DNA of 32,000 nt from NCBI RefSeq assembly GCF_000021865.1, contig NC_014034.1, positions 3,090,001 through 3,122,000 on the forward strand. The letters run 5' to 3'. Origin of the DNA: Rhodobacter capsulatus SB 1003 (GTDB lineage Bacteria; Pseudomonadota; Alphaproteobacteria; Rhodobacterales; Rhodobacteraceae). Shown here piece by piece: positions 9,659 to 17,187 of the stretch. Numbering within the stretch: position 1 is the first letter of the stretch; every line of letters starts with the position of its first letter. Below the pieces are notes generated by a model. That model did not search any database. It was not told the origin of the DNA and saw nothing but the letters and a program-made list of their open reading frames with translations. The position numbers were made by a program, and so were the translations under genes.

Positions 9659-10015
9659 ATGAGTATGACGATGGACGACAGCATCAAACGTTGGACGGCG
9701 AAGCGGAAGACCGCCTTGGTGACCGAGATCATTCAGGGCAAGACGACGGTGGCCGAGGCGAGCCGGTCGTTTGACCTGACACCTTCCGAGATCGAGGGCC
9801 GGGTCGAGGACGCGAAGCGGGGCATGGAGAATTCCTTGCGCGCCAACCCTCTCGACATTCGCGAGCACTACGAAAAGCAGCTCCAGGATCTGCAAGAAGC
9901 CTATGGCGAGGCGATGCTGGAATTGCGTGCCCGAAAAAAGCTGGCGGCCCTCATGGAGCGGGATGGAGTGAGGGGCGAGCGTGCCACCGGTTCAAGCGCC
10001 GCCCCGAACCAATGA
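9659..10015 (+). CDS. IS3-family transposase OrfA (HTH)
   Basis: The translation is MSMTMDDSIKRWTAKRKTALVTEIIQGKTTVAEASRSFDLTPSEIEGRVEDAKRGMENSLRANP...LQEAYGEAMLELRARKKLAAL. It shows an HTH followed by a leucine-zipper-like helix, typical of IS3 OrfA. AGGAG lies at 9642-9646. Confidence 0.8.
   Translation: MSMTMDDSIKRWTAKRKTALVTEIIQGKTTVAEASRSFDLTPSEIEGRVEDAKRGMENSLRANPLDIREHYEKQLQDLQEAYGEAMLELRARKKLAALMERDGVRGERATGSSAAPNQ
9934..9940 (+). promoter_or_regulatory. IS3-type -1 programmed frameshift heptamer A AAA AAG
   Basis: In the orfA zero frame the codons are CGA AAA AAG (R K K), giving the X XXY YYZ motif A AAA AAG. The -1 frame is the frame of the orfB fragments (10012.. and 10318..). 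Confidence 0.6.
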
Positions 10016-10437
10016 TCCGGACGCTCCATGAGGGCCTGCTGGCCGATGGTATTGCGGTGTTGATCGCCAAGCTTTGCACCTGGTTCGGCGTGCCGCGGCG
10101 CACGGTCTATGATAGGCCGACCAAAGCAGCGCCCAAAGTTGATGACCGGTTCGCGGTCCCGATCAAGGCGATGATCGAGGATGGAGGAGGATCAGAAAAG
10201 GCCCCAGTGGGGCGTTTTCCCGACGACACCCTCGTTCGGCTACCGCACCGTGGCGTGGTTGCTCGGGTGCAACAGTGAGGCCCCGAACGCCATTGGTCCG
10301 AGTGAGCGGGCCGAACGACGGTGCAGCGGATCTTTCAGATCAAGGGCTGGCAGGTGCGCAAGCGCGCCATCGGCATGCGGCCGCGGATCGAGGCGGTGCC
10401 CTCGGTCGCCACGGCGCCGAACGAGCGCTGGTTGTAG
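10012..10437 (+). pseudogene. IS3-family transposase OrfB, N-terminal fragment with frameshifts
   Basis: Frame 1 reads IRTLHEGLLADGIAVLIAKLCTWFGVPRRTVYDRP...IKAMIE. Frame 2 reads PSFGYRTVAWLLG. Frame 1 resumes with TVQRIFQIKGWQVRKRAIGMRPRIEAVPSVATAPNERW and then stops. The order matches the HTH_21/pre-DDE region of IS3 OrfB. The DDE domain is absent. Confidence 0.7.
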
Positions 10438-10522
10438 CGCGCCACGAATTTTTGCAGTGCGTGCCACAGATATTTGCAGCAGACGCGTTTTCGTTAAACG
10501 GCCCTTTATGACCCATTGAAAC

Positions 10523-10548
10523 GCCACCGTGGCCACCTTGGCCGTGGC
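10523..10548 (-). terminator. Possible hairpin at the 3' end of the phage late/tail operon
   Basis: GCCAC-cgt-GGCC-acctt-GGCC-GTGGC forms a bulged 9-bp stem 19 nt downstream of the fibre stop (10567-10569). On the minus strand it is followed by GTTTCAAT. The U-tract is weak. The hairpin is absent from the equivalent position after copy 1. Confidence 0.3.
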
Positions 10549-10566
10549 AAAGCCCCGGTCGATCGG

Positions 10567-11388
10567 TCACAGCGCCCCGGCCGGATAAAGGCTCAGCAGG
10601 TGAATGGCCCCGGCGCCGATCGCCATCGCCCCGCCCGGATGCGCAACCCCTTTGGTGACGGTCGTTCCCGCGGCATCGACCCGGCGAATATCATAGCTTC
10701 CCGCCGCCACCGCCACGCTGGCCAGATCCGCCGCCCGGGTCACCGCCGCGGCCTCGGTCGGAATGAGCGAACTGACCGCGGCGCCGACCTCCAGCTGCGC
10801 GCCCCAAAGATAAAGCCCCGAGGCGCCATCCCCCAAGTAAGAGGTCGTGCCATTCGCGCTGGAAACGCTCGGGTAAAAGTTGAAATTGCCGCCCGCCGCC
10901 GCCTGCGTCTGCGTCACGCTGCAGCGATACCAGCCATTCTCCGCCGCCACGATCTGCGCCGTTTGCCCCGCTGCGCCCTGGGACACCACCCCGAGCATCC
11001 CCGTCTGCAGGTCGAAATAGGTGGTGCGGAACAGGTTGGCACTGTCCGCGGTCACCAAGGCAAACCACCGACGCTCAGCGGCCTTGGCGAAGATCGACGC
11101 CACCATAGCCGTTCCCCCGGCGATCTGCGTCCCTGTGCGGGCCGCGAAGTGGCTGTTGTTGCTGGTGTCCTCGACAAGCTTGTCGGCCGTCATGGTGCCA
11201 TCCGGGGCCAGCGCGGCATTTGCCAGCACGCTGGCCCGGGTCTTCGCCCAGGACGCGGCATCGAACTGCGCGCTGTTGGGCAGCAGGTTGGTCGAGGATG
11301 CCTCAAGCAGAAGCGCCCGCTTGCCCGCACTGTAATCATAGCGGGGCTGATCGACCGGGGCAGACATGATCAGCCCGTCAGCACCCAC
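10567..11388 (-). CDS. Spike/tail-fibre protein with lectin-like jelly-roll pattern (RcGTA GhsB/Rcc01080-like). The true 5' end is probably at 11543 via a frameshift.
   Basis: The translation ...PRYDYSAGKRALLLEASSTNLLPNSAQFDAASWAKTRASVLANAALAPDGTMTADKLVEDTSNNSHF...NGWYRCSVT...LYLWGAQLEVG matches a pattern I recall from alphaproteobacterial phage fibre / head-spike fibre proteins. The ORF-track start is GTG 11388, but the frame stays open and homologous-looking up to 11451. An ATGA-coupled start exists at 11543 in another frame (see findings). Confidence 0.8.
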   Translation of the reverse strand: MGADGLIMSAPVDQPRYDYSAGKRALLLEASSTNLLPNSAQFDAASWAKTRASVLANAALAPDGTMTADKLVEDTSNNSHFAARTGTQIAGGTAMVASIFAKAAERRWFALVTADSANLFRTTYFDLQTGMLGVVSQGAAGQTAQIVAAENGWYRCSVTQTQAAAGGNFNFYPSVSSANGTTSYLGDGASGLYLWGAQLEVGAAVSSLIPTEAAAVTRAADLASVAVAAGSYDIRRVDAAGTTVTKGVAHPGGAMAIGAGAIHLLSLYPAGAL

Positions 11389-11542
11389 ATAGGTCGCCGG
11401 GCTGGCCCGCGTCAGGGACCAGGGCGACCCGAGGGCAGACCCGTCACAAAATCATGCAGCATCACCGGCATGACCCCGCCCACTGCATAGCCTGCGAGCG
11501 GTTGCACGCCGCCGCCCATCCCGCACCCCGGAAGCCCCATCA

Positions 11543-11806
11543 TCAAACCCACCCCGTCATCCCCTCGGCCGTGGTGCCGGTCGCCCAAATGCGGCTGGCC
11601 CAGATCGGATGCTGCCCGATCGGAAGATAGCCGGTGGTGCAAACGGCCCCCCCGCGCGCGGCGGTATATTTGACGACGCCGCCCCGCTCTCCGATCGTCA
11701 CCGCCCGCACGGGCGCGGGCAGGTCCGCCGCATCATTGGGGGTGACCGCAAAGGACGACAGGGCCGGGCCGGTCAGATCGGGAATATCGTAAATCAGATC
11801 GCTCAT
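11543..11806 (-). CDS. Small beta-rich virion protein resembling the spike base protein family (RcGTA Rcc01079/GhsA-like)
   Basis: The 87-aa product is MSDLIYDIP...FAVTPNDAADLPAPVRAVTIGERGGVVKYT...LPIGQHPIWASRIWATGTTAEGMTGWV. The TP(N/S)D(A/T)ADLP ... ATGTTA pattern matches my recollection of that family. It sits between the tail fibre and the fibre-like gene. Confidence 0.7.
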   Translation of the reverse strand: MSDLIYDIPDLTGPALSSFAVTPNDAADLPAPVRAVTIGERGGVVKYTAARGGAVCTTGYLPIGQHPIWASRIWATGTTAEGMTGWV

Positions 11807-11815
11807 CTTACACCT

Positions 11816-13162
11816 TTACAGTTTGAGCCAGATCGCGGGGGCGGACGCAGCATTGATCTCGGCCGCGTTGAAGCCCCATGTGGTGGCGGCCGCCGTGCCG
11901 AATGTCCTCGTGCGCCGCAGGATCTTGCGGGCTGCAGTGGACGGCGCGCCGCCGTTGATGCAGGGCGTGGCCGTCACGGGCCATCTGGAGATCGACGCCG
12001 TGGACGAGTGCCGGAACCCGACCCAATAGGTCGCCCCGGCGCGCATGTTGAGGCCGGTCATCACCGCCTCCTTGACGCCGGTGCTCGACAGATCGACGGT
12101 CCCGCTCTCGACCGCCAAGGCCGCCGGTTGCCCGTTTGCGTCGGACCAATACACGACGAACTTGCCCTGCGCCCCCGCCACGGCCGTCACGCAATTGACC
12201 GCGAGCGCGGCCACCGCCAGATCGGCGCGCGGGACATAGGGATAAAGGTCGATCGAATTGGCGATCCCGGCCGCGACCTCCAGCGCGGTGCCGCCAGCGC
12301 CCAGCGTCGTCATCACATATTGACCGGCAGGAGGCACCAGCATCGGGATGTCCGCCTGCCCGTCCAGTACCCGCACCGCCCCGCTGATGTAGGCCTTGAG
12401 GTGCGTCCCGTCCTGCCAGATCTGCCCCGACTCGGGTGACGCAGGATCGGCCGCGCGGGGCTGCAGAACGAACGCGCCGCTGGCCGAAAACCGCTTGGTG
12501 CCAGCGATGGTCTGGGTCGCATCCATCAGCACCAGATTGTCAGCAGTCCAAGTGCCGTCAGAGCGCAGGAACGCCCCCGCGACCCCACCCGTGGCGGGAG
12601 CCAGCCCCGCGCCAAGCGCGGTGACGACCGGCAGCATCGCCAGCACATCCGCGGCGGTCAGCTCCTTGGCCTCGCCCCCCGCCGCGGCGTTGTTGCCCAG
12701 GATCGTTTTCGCGGCGAGCGTCTGAGGCAGGAAGCGCAGAATCCGCCACCCGGTGCCGGTGCAGATCACGATGACCGCGCGCTGCGCGGTGATGTCATAG
12801 GCCGCCAGCCCGGCGATCAGGTCCGACCCGGCGGGCGTCAGGGTAATACTGGCCCCCCCGGAAGCCGCGACGACGATGCACCAGCCCGCACCGGCGGCCG
12901 CGGCGCTCGGCAATGTCAGCGCCCAGATCCCGGTGCAGCTGAAGAACGTGCCGCGATCGGTGACGGCGACCGTCGTGGCGGCCGCTTCGGTGCGATAGCG
13001 CGCCAGCACCGCGCCCAGCGTTGCAAGCGCCGTCGCCGTCTCGCCATCGGCGCCCAGCAGCCCGGCCAGATACGACCGCAGATTGGCCAGGTTGGTCCGC
13101 ATCGCCGCGTGGCTGGACGGCGGGGTGGTCAGGGTTGCGGTGCTCGGCAGCGGGGTTGCCAT
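11816..13162 (-). CDS. Tail fibre protein
   Basis: ATG 13162 (MATPLPSTATL...) lies 1 nt past the stop of the J-like gene. The internal motif GLAPATGGVAGAFLRSDGTWTA is typical of phage fibre proteins. The product is Ala/Gly/Thr-rich and lies distal to the host-specificity protein. Confidence 0.8.
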   Translation of the reverse strand: MATPLPSTATLTTPPSSHAAMRTNLANLRSYLAGLLGADGETATALATLGAVLARYRTEAAATTVAVTDRGTFFSCTGIWALTLPSAAAAGAGWCIVVAASGGASITLTPAGSDLIAGLAAYDITAQRAVIVICTGTGWRILRFLPQTLAAKTILGNNAAAGGEAKELTAADVLAMLPVVTALGAGLAPATGGVAGAFLRSDGTWTADNLVLMDATQTIAGTKRFSASGAFVLQPRAADPASPESGQIWQDGTHLKAYISGAVRVLDGQADIPMLVPPAGQYVMTTLGAGGTALEVAAGIANSIDLYPYVPRADLAVAALAVNCVTAVAGAQGKFVVYWSDANGQPAALAVESGTVDLSSTGVKEAVMTGLNMRAGATYWVGFRHSSTASISRWPVTATPCINGGAPSTAARKILRRTRTFGTAAATTWGFNAAEINAASAPAIWLKL

Positions 13163-13163
13163 G

Positions 13164-16100
13164 TCAGGTGCTCCAGAATGCGGTGGCGTCGCCGAGCCAG
13201 AACGGCGCGGCATCGGCCAGCCAGAAATCAGGGATCAGGGCGCCCAGAGTGGTGGTCACCCAAGGCCCCGCGGTCAGACCGATCGCGCGGACGCGGATCA
13301 TCGTGCGGTTGGGATAAAGGATATCGCAGGCATAGGCGGTCGAGGTGGTGTCGCCGACGCGCGTCCAGGTGACATCATCGGCAGCCGGATCGTCGCCCTC
13401 GGCCATCTCGATCTGGTAACTTTCGGCGCCTGCCGCGGGTTGCCAGGCGAAGACCGCCTTGGTCAGGCTGTCGGTCGATCGGCGCCCGATCAGGCCGCGC
13501 ACGACCGGCCGGGTCGCCCGCGACGGCAGCTGCGACCGGACCACCGGCGGGGCGACTGTGCCGTCTTCGGCGGTGTGCACGGACGGGTCTTCAACGACCG
13601 CTTGAAGGCTGTATTCAGTGAGCGATTTGGCCTTGATGTCGGCGACCTTGGCCAGCACCGCCCAGGTGGTGCCGACGCCGAAGGAAATCTTCGTGCGCTC
13701 CATCCCGGGGCCGGTCGCGATCTCGAAATCCGGCGCCTCGGCCAGGACGATCTGCTCGGGCAACGACCCGGCCGTGACGACGATCGGACCGCAAAGCGAT
13801 CCGTCGGGGCACCGCAACCCGAGATGATGGGTGCCGCCCGGGGCAAAGGTCATCGGCTCCGACACTGTCAGCAGCCGCGCGGCCGGATCCCAGTCCAGCG
13901 CCTCGGCCTGCGCGCCCCAGGCGGGCATGGAATGCTGCACCGAGATCAGCTCGCCGATCATCGGCATGCGGCCTTCCAGCTCGACATCGAAGCGCACGAT
14001 ACGGCGGCGGCGTTGGTTGGCGGCGGCCAGATAGGTGCCGTCGCGCACGGCCTGATCGCGGCCGGTGACGCCGAACAGCTGCACCTTGGCCGCCTTTGGG
14101 GCGCGGCTGCCCGGGATCCGGCAGCGCACCGTCTGCTCGGACCAGGATGTCGCGTCGAAATAGCTCGCGAGGATCGTGTCCGCCGTGTCCGCGGTGGGCA
14201 TCAGATAGTCCACCGCGAACGACCCGCGGGTGATGTTGCGCTCGGAAAAATGCAGCGTCGGCACCGAGGCCGGGCCGTCGCGCACCGTGCGCAACACGCC
14301 GCCCTGGACGAAACAGGCGGCCCGGCCCGCCCGGGCGATTTTCTGGATCTGGTCCCACCAGGTCCCGGGCTGGTCGAAGCGCGCATCGAAACGATCCTCG
14401 CGGGCCTCCCAGAGCGCATCCAGATCCAGCAGCGCATCCAGATCGATCTCGGCATCGGCCATGCCGGGGCCGTAATCGGCGTTGCGGGCGGCGTCCGCGA
14501 TTGCCCAGGCGATCGAACGCGTGGCGACGGGGGCGGTCCAGCCGGTGCCGGTCCAGACCGGCAGACGGCGCGTGGCCAAGACCGCGATTTGCCGTGACGC
14601 CTGCATCGACAGGTTGTTGGTGGCCCGCATCCGCACGGCGATCAGCGTCACCGGCCCGAAATTCTGCGGCTGGCGCAGATAGGCCCGCAGCCCGGCCCAG
14701 AGCACGACATGCCCGTCCGAGGTGCTGGTCGATTTGGCGTCGTCGCGCACAGCGCGCACGGCATAGCGGCCGGGGGCCACCGCGAACCGGTAGGACCGCC
14801 GGATTGGCGTGTTGGTGCGGTCGGTGATCGTGCGCGTGCCAAGCACCTGCCACTCCCCGACCGGCTGGCCCTGATCATCGATCGGCCGCGCCTCGAAGGT
14901 GACCGTCAGGCTCTTGGTTTCGAGCGACCCGCTCGCCCCCGCGAACAGGCCGTAGGGCAACACGAGATCGACGCCGATATGGCGCGTGATCGTGTCGGCC
15001 GGGGCACTGACAAATCCGACCGCCCCGCCCAGCATGTCGCGGATGATGACGCTGCCAGAGGTCCCGATCGACAGGGACGAGGTGACGGTCCAGCTGTTGT
15101 CATCGGGCATCGCGGCGATCTGCAGCACCTCGCTCGGCCCGGTCAGGCTGACGAAGGTCAGATCGACGTCCGTGGCTATCGGCGGCACGAAGCTGCCAGC
15201 CGAGAGAAAGGGGTGTCCGATGGACGTTTCCGGGGCGGCCGGTCCGGTAATGGTGATCGTGGTGCCGGACCAGACCCAGGTGCCACTGAACGTCCTGTAG
15301 ACGTCACCTTCGCCGCGGGTGTCCGTCCAGCTGCCGGTAACGGTGCCGGACCCGGACCCGTCGGGCGCCGTCACGGTGATCGTGCCCGGCCCGGTCGGCG
15401 TCACCGCCCGCACCCCCGCGGCGGGCGCCGGATAGGGGAACATCAGCATCACCATCTGCCCGGTGGCCCGGCCATGAGCGGCCTCTGCCACGGTGATCGT
15501 GGTGCCGGACCGGACATAGGTCCCGGCCCTGGACCCTGCGAGCTCCTGGCCCGAGACCTCCTCCGACATCACCACGGCGGTCGGAAACAGCGTGACAGTG
15601 CCGCCCGGCGGGATGATCTCGGTCTCGATCTCGGCGAAGGCGTCGATCGCGGTGTCCTTGATCCGGATCTCCTCGATGTCGTAGTCTCCCGCGCCGAGGC
15701 ACAGCAGCTGATACAGATACTGCTCATTGCCCGCGAACTCGGTATAGGGCTGGGCCGCCAGATCCGGATAGGCGAGCAGCCGCCCGTATTGCACCGGGAT
15801 CGGCGCGCCCAGGCGGGCATAGTTGCCCTGGGCATCGAGCTGATAGGTCGGCGACGGGCTCGGCAATTGCGACGGCCGCGGGATCGGGAACAGCGCGTTG
15901 ATCGCCATCGAGCCCAGCATCAAGATCCCCGCAGCCCCAATCTGGGTTGCAGAGAGGCCAAGCACCGACCATGTCGAATTGGCAAACAGCATCCCGCTGA
16001 GCGGGGTGGCGAACGCCGCGAGCGCAATCATCAGCAGCGTGCGCAGCGGGTTCGAGCCGCCGCCCCCGCCTGCGGGCAGGACGGCAAAGACCAGCTGATC

Positions 16101-16280
16101 GCCTTCCGCCAGCTTGCGCCGCCACTCGGCGCGCAGCACCGGGCGCCCGTTGAGGATCGCAACGACCGGCACGTCCCGCGGCGCCAGCGCCCGGATTCGC
16201 ACCCGGCGGCGCAGGACCGCGACCTCGCGCGAGCGCAGCGGATCGAGCGGATTGCGGACGATGACACAGACGGCCCTCAT
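13164..16280 (-). CDS. Host-specificity / central tail tip protein (lambda gpJ-like) with an N-terminal gpI-like segment
   Basis: The start is at ATG 16280 (MRAVCVIVRNPLDP...), ATGA-coupled to the upstream peptidase gene. The N-terminus has a ubiquitin-like segment plus a GGGGGSNPLRTLLMIALAAFA membrane-like segment, as in lambda gpI. PTYQLDAQGNYARLGAPIPVQYGRLL, typical of gpJ N-termini, follows. The C-terminus has an FN3-like YQIEMAEGDD...WTRVGDTTSTAY. Confidence 0.9.
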   Translation of the reverse strand: MRAVCVIVRNPLDPLRSREVAVLRRRVRIRALAPRDVPVVAILNGRPVLRAEWRRKLAEGDQLVFAVLPAGGGGGSNPLRTLLMIALAAFATPLSGMLFANSTWSVLGLSATQIGAAGILMLGSMAINALFPIPRPSQLPSPSPTYQLDAQGNYARLGAPIPVQYGRLLAYPDLAAQPYTEFAGNEQYLYQLLCLGAGDYDIEEIRIKDTAIDAFAEIETEIIPPGGTVTLFPTAVVMSEEVSGQELAGSRAGTYVRSGTTITVAEAAHGRATGQMVMLMFPYPAPAAGVRAVTPTGPGTITVTAPDGSGSGTVTGSWTDTRGEGDVYRTFSGTWVWSGTTITITGPAAPETSIGHPFLSAGSFVPPIATDVDLTFVSLTGPSEVLQIAAMPDDNSWTVTSSLSIGTSGSVIIRDMLGGAVGFVSAPADTITRHIGVDLVLPYGLFAGASGSLETKSLTVTFEARPIDDQGQPVGEWQVLGTRTITDRTNTPIRRSYRFAVAPGRYAVRAVRDDAKSTSTSDGHVVLWAGLRAYLRQPQNFGPVTLIAVRMRATNNLSMQASRQIAVLATRRLPVWTGTGWTAPVATRSIAWAIADAARNADYGPGMADAEIDLDALLDLDALWEAREDRFDARFDQPGTWWDQIQKIARAGRAACFVQGGVLRTVRDGPASVPTLHFSERNITRGSFAVDYLMPTADTADTILASYFDATSWSEQTVRCRIPGSRAPKAAKVQLFGVTGRDQAVRDGTYLAAANQRRRRIVRFDVELEGRMPMIGELISVQHSMPAWGAQAEALDWDPAARLLTVSEPMTFAPGGTHHLGLRCPDGSLCGPIVVTAGSLPEQIVLAEAPDFEIATGPGMERTKISFGVGTTWAVLAKVADIKAKSLTEYSLQAVVEDPSVHTAEDGTVAPPVVRSQLPSRATRPVVRGLIGRRSTDSLTKAVFAWQPAAGAESYQIEMAEGDDPAADDVTWTRVGDTTSTAYACDILYPNRTMIRVRAIGLTAGPWVTTTLGALIPDFWLADAAPFWLGDATAFWST

Positions 16281-16663
16281 GCGCGGCCTCCCAGCGCCGG
16301 ATGACGCCAGTATCCGCAGACCCCATAGCCCAGATCGCGCAGCATGGCCCGGGTGGTAAAAACCACGCCGGTCCTCTCGACCCAATGCAGGCAACCGCGG
16401 CTCTCGGCCTCGATCCAGATGCCGATGTGGCAGGGCCGGATGCCTTTGGTCATCAGCACCGCATCGCCTTCGCGCGGCGCCTCGACCCGCTCCCAGCCAT
16501 GCTGCGGCGCCTCGCCGAAGGCCCGCCGCACCAGCCGCGGATCGTTCGGATCATAGGGCATCGACGGCACTTGCAACCCGAACCGCTCCGCCCAGACCTG
16601 GCGGGCAAAGGCCCAGCAGTCAGACGCCTCGGCCCCGACGTAATTTGCTGCCCAGTGTTTCAT
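16277..16663 (-). CDS. NlpC/P60-family tail peptidase (lambda gpK position)
   Basis: The 128-aa product has DCWAFARQVW (catalytic Cys context) and GDAVLM...CHIGIWI (His). It is ATGA-coupled on both sides. Confidence 0.85.
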   Translation of the reverse strand: MKHWAANYVGAEASDCWAFARQVWAERFGLQVPSMPYDPNDPRLVRRAFGEAPQHGWERVEAPREGDAVLMTKGIRPCHIGIWIEAESRGCLHWVERTGVVFTTRAMLRDLGYGVCGYWRHPALGGRA

Positions 16664-17187
16664 GGCACGAGCCCCGGGAAGGTTTCGGCCTCGTATTCAA
16701 GGGCCGGAAAAGCAGCGTTCAAAAGGTCCCTGAAGCCGATCGTGGCTGTGACCCGCAGCGGCCCCTGGGTCACGGTCTTGAGTTCCATCTGCACCGGCGG
16801 CAGATGCTCGGGGCCGTCGAGCTGGTGGCCCGACAGATAGGTGCGCCAGATCACCAGCGTCACATCGCCCGCCATGATCGCCGCATCGAGCTCCCGTCCG
16901 ATCTCGCGCGAGACGTTGTCGATCTCCAGCCGGGCTTGCGGCGGCGCCGCGCGCGACAGGTCGGGGGCGACGAAGTCGAACGCCCACGGAACGAAGGTGA
17001 CGACCTCGCCCGGGTTGCGCGCGGCCGTGGCCTCGATCCGGGCATCAAGCGCCACCCGATCCCGCACGACGCGGATCGGCACGGTCCAGCTCGGATGCCA
17101 GATCTCCAGGGTCTCCCAGATCACCTGACCGACAGGGGCCGAGGCATAGGCCTCGCGAATCGCGGCGCTCATGGCGGGATCAGGCAT
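16660..17187 (-). CDS. Minor tail protein, DUF1833-like (lambda gpL position)
   Basis: From ATG 17187 (GGAGAG upstream) the protein reads MPDPAMSAAIREAYASAPVGQVIWETLEIWHPSW..., matching my recollection of the DUF1833 N-terminus. The upstream part of ORF 16660..17376 overlaps the preceding gene and is discounted. Confidence 0.75.
   Translation of the reverse strand: MPDPAMSAAIREAYASAPVGQVIWETLEIWHPSWTVPIRVVRDRVALDARIEATAARNPGEVVTFVPWAFDFVAPDLSRAAPPQARLEIDNVSREIGRELDAAIMAGDVTLVIWRTYLSGHQLDGPEHLPPVQMELKTVTQGPLRVTATIGFRDLLNAAFPALEYEAETFPGLVP

Larger units (their letters stand above)
9610..10437 (+). mobile_element. IS3-family insertion sequence remnant (left end intact, right part truncated)
   Basis: A TG-initiated end (TGTATTGACCCAGTGAAATCC...) lies ~50 nt upstream of an orfA-type HTH ORF. 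orfB is in the -1 frame relative to orfA, with an A AAA AAG heptamer. The orfB reading frame is broken at least twice and ends at ...ATAPNERW-L-stop, i.e. before the DDE catalytic core. I found no right inverted repeat. Confidence 0.8.

Noticed and set aside
11412-11454. Possibility that the frame change at the fibre 5' end is a programmed frameshift
   Set aside because: There is no slippery heptamer in the 37-nt window where both frames are open. I found no obvious downstream structure, and I know of no precedent for this gene class. It is treated as a mutation or sequencing error pending read-level data.
13083-16304. Plus-strand ORFs of 504 and 531 aa (13083..14597, 14709..16304) plus many shorter ones
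   Set aside because: They are antisense to the gpJ-like gene and Arg/Gly/Asp/Pro-rich with no domain pattern. The minus-strand frame gives a continuous 1038-aa protein with J-like and FN3-like segments.
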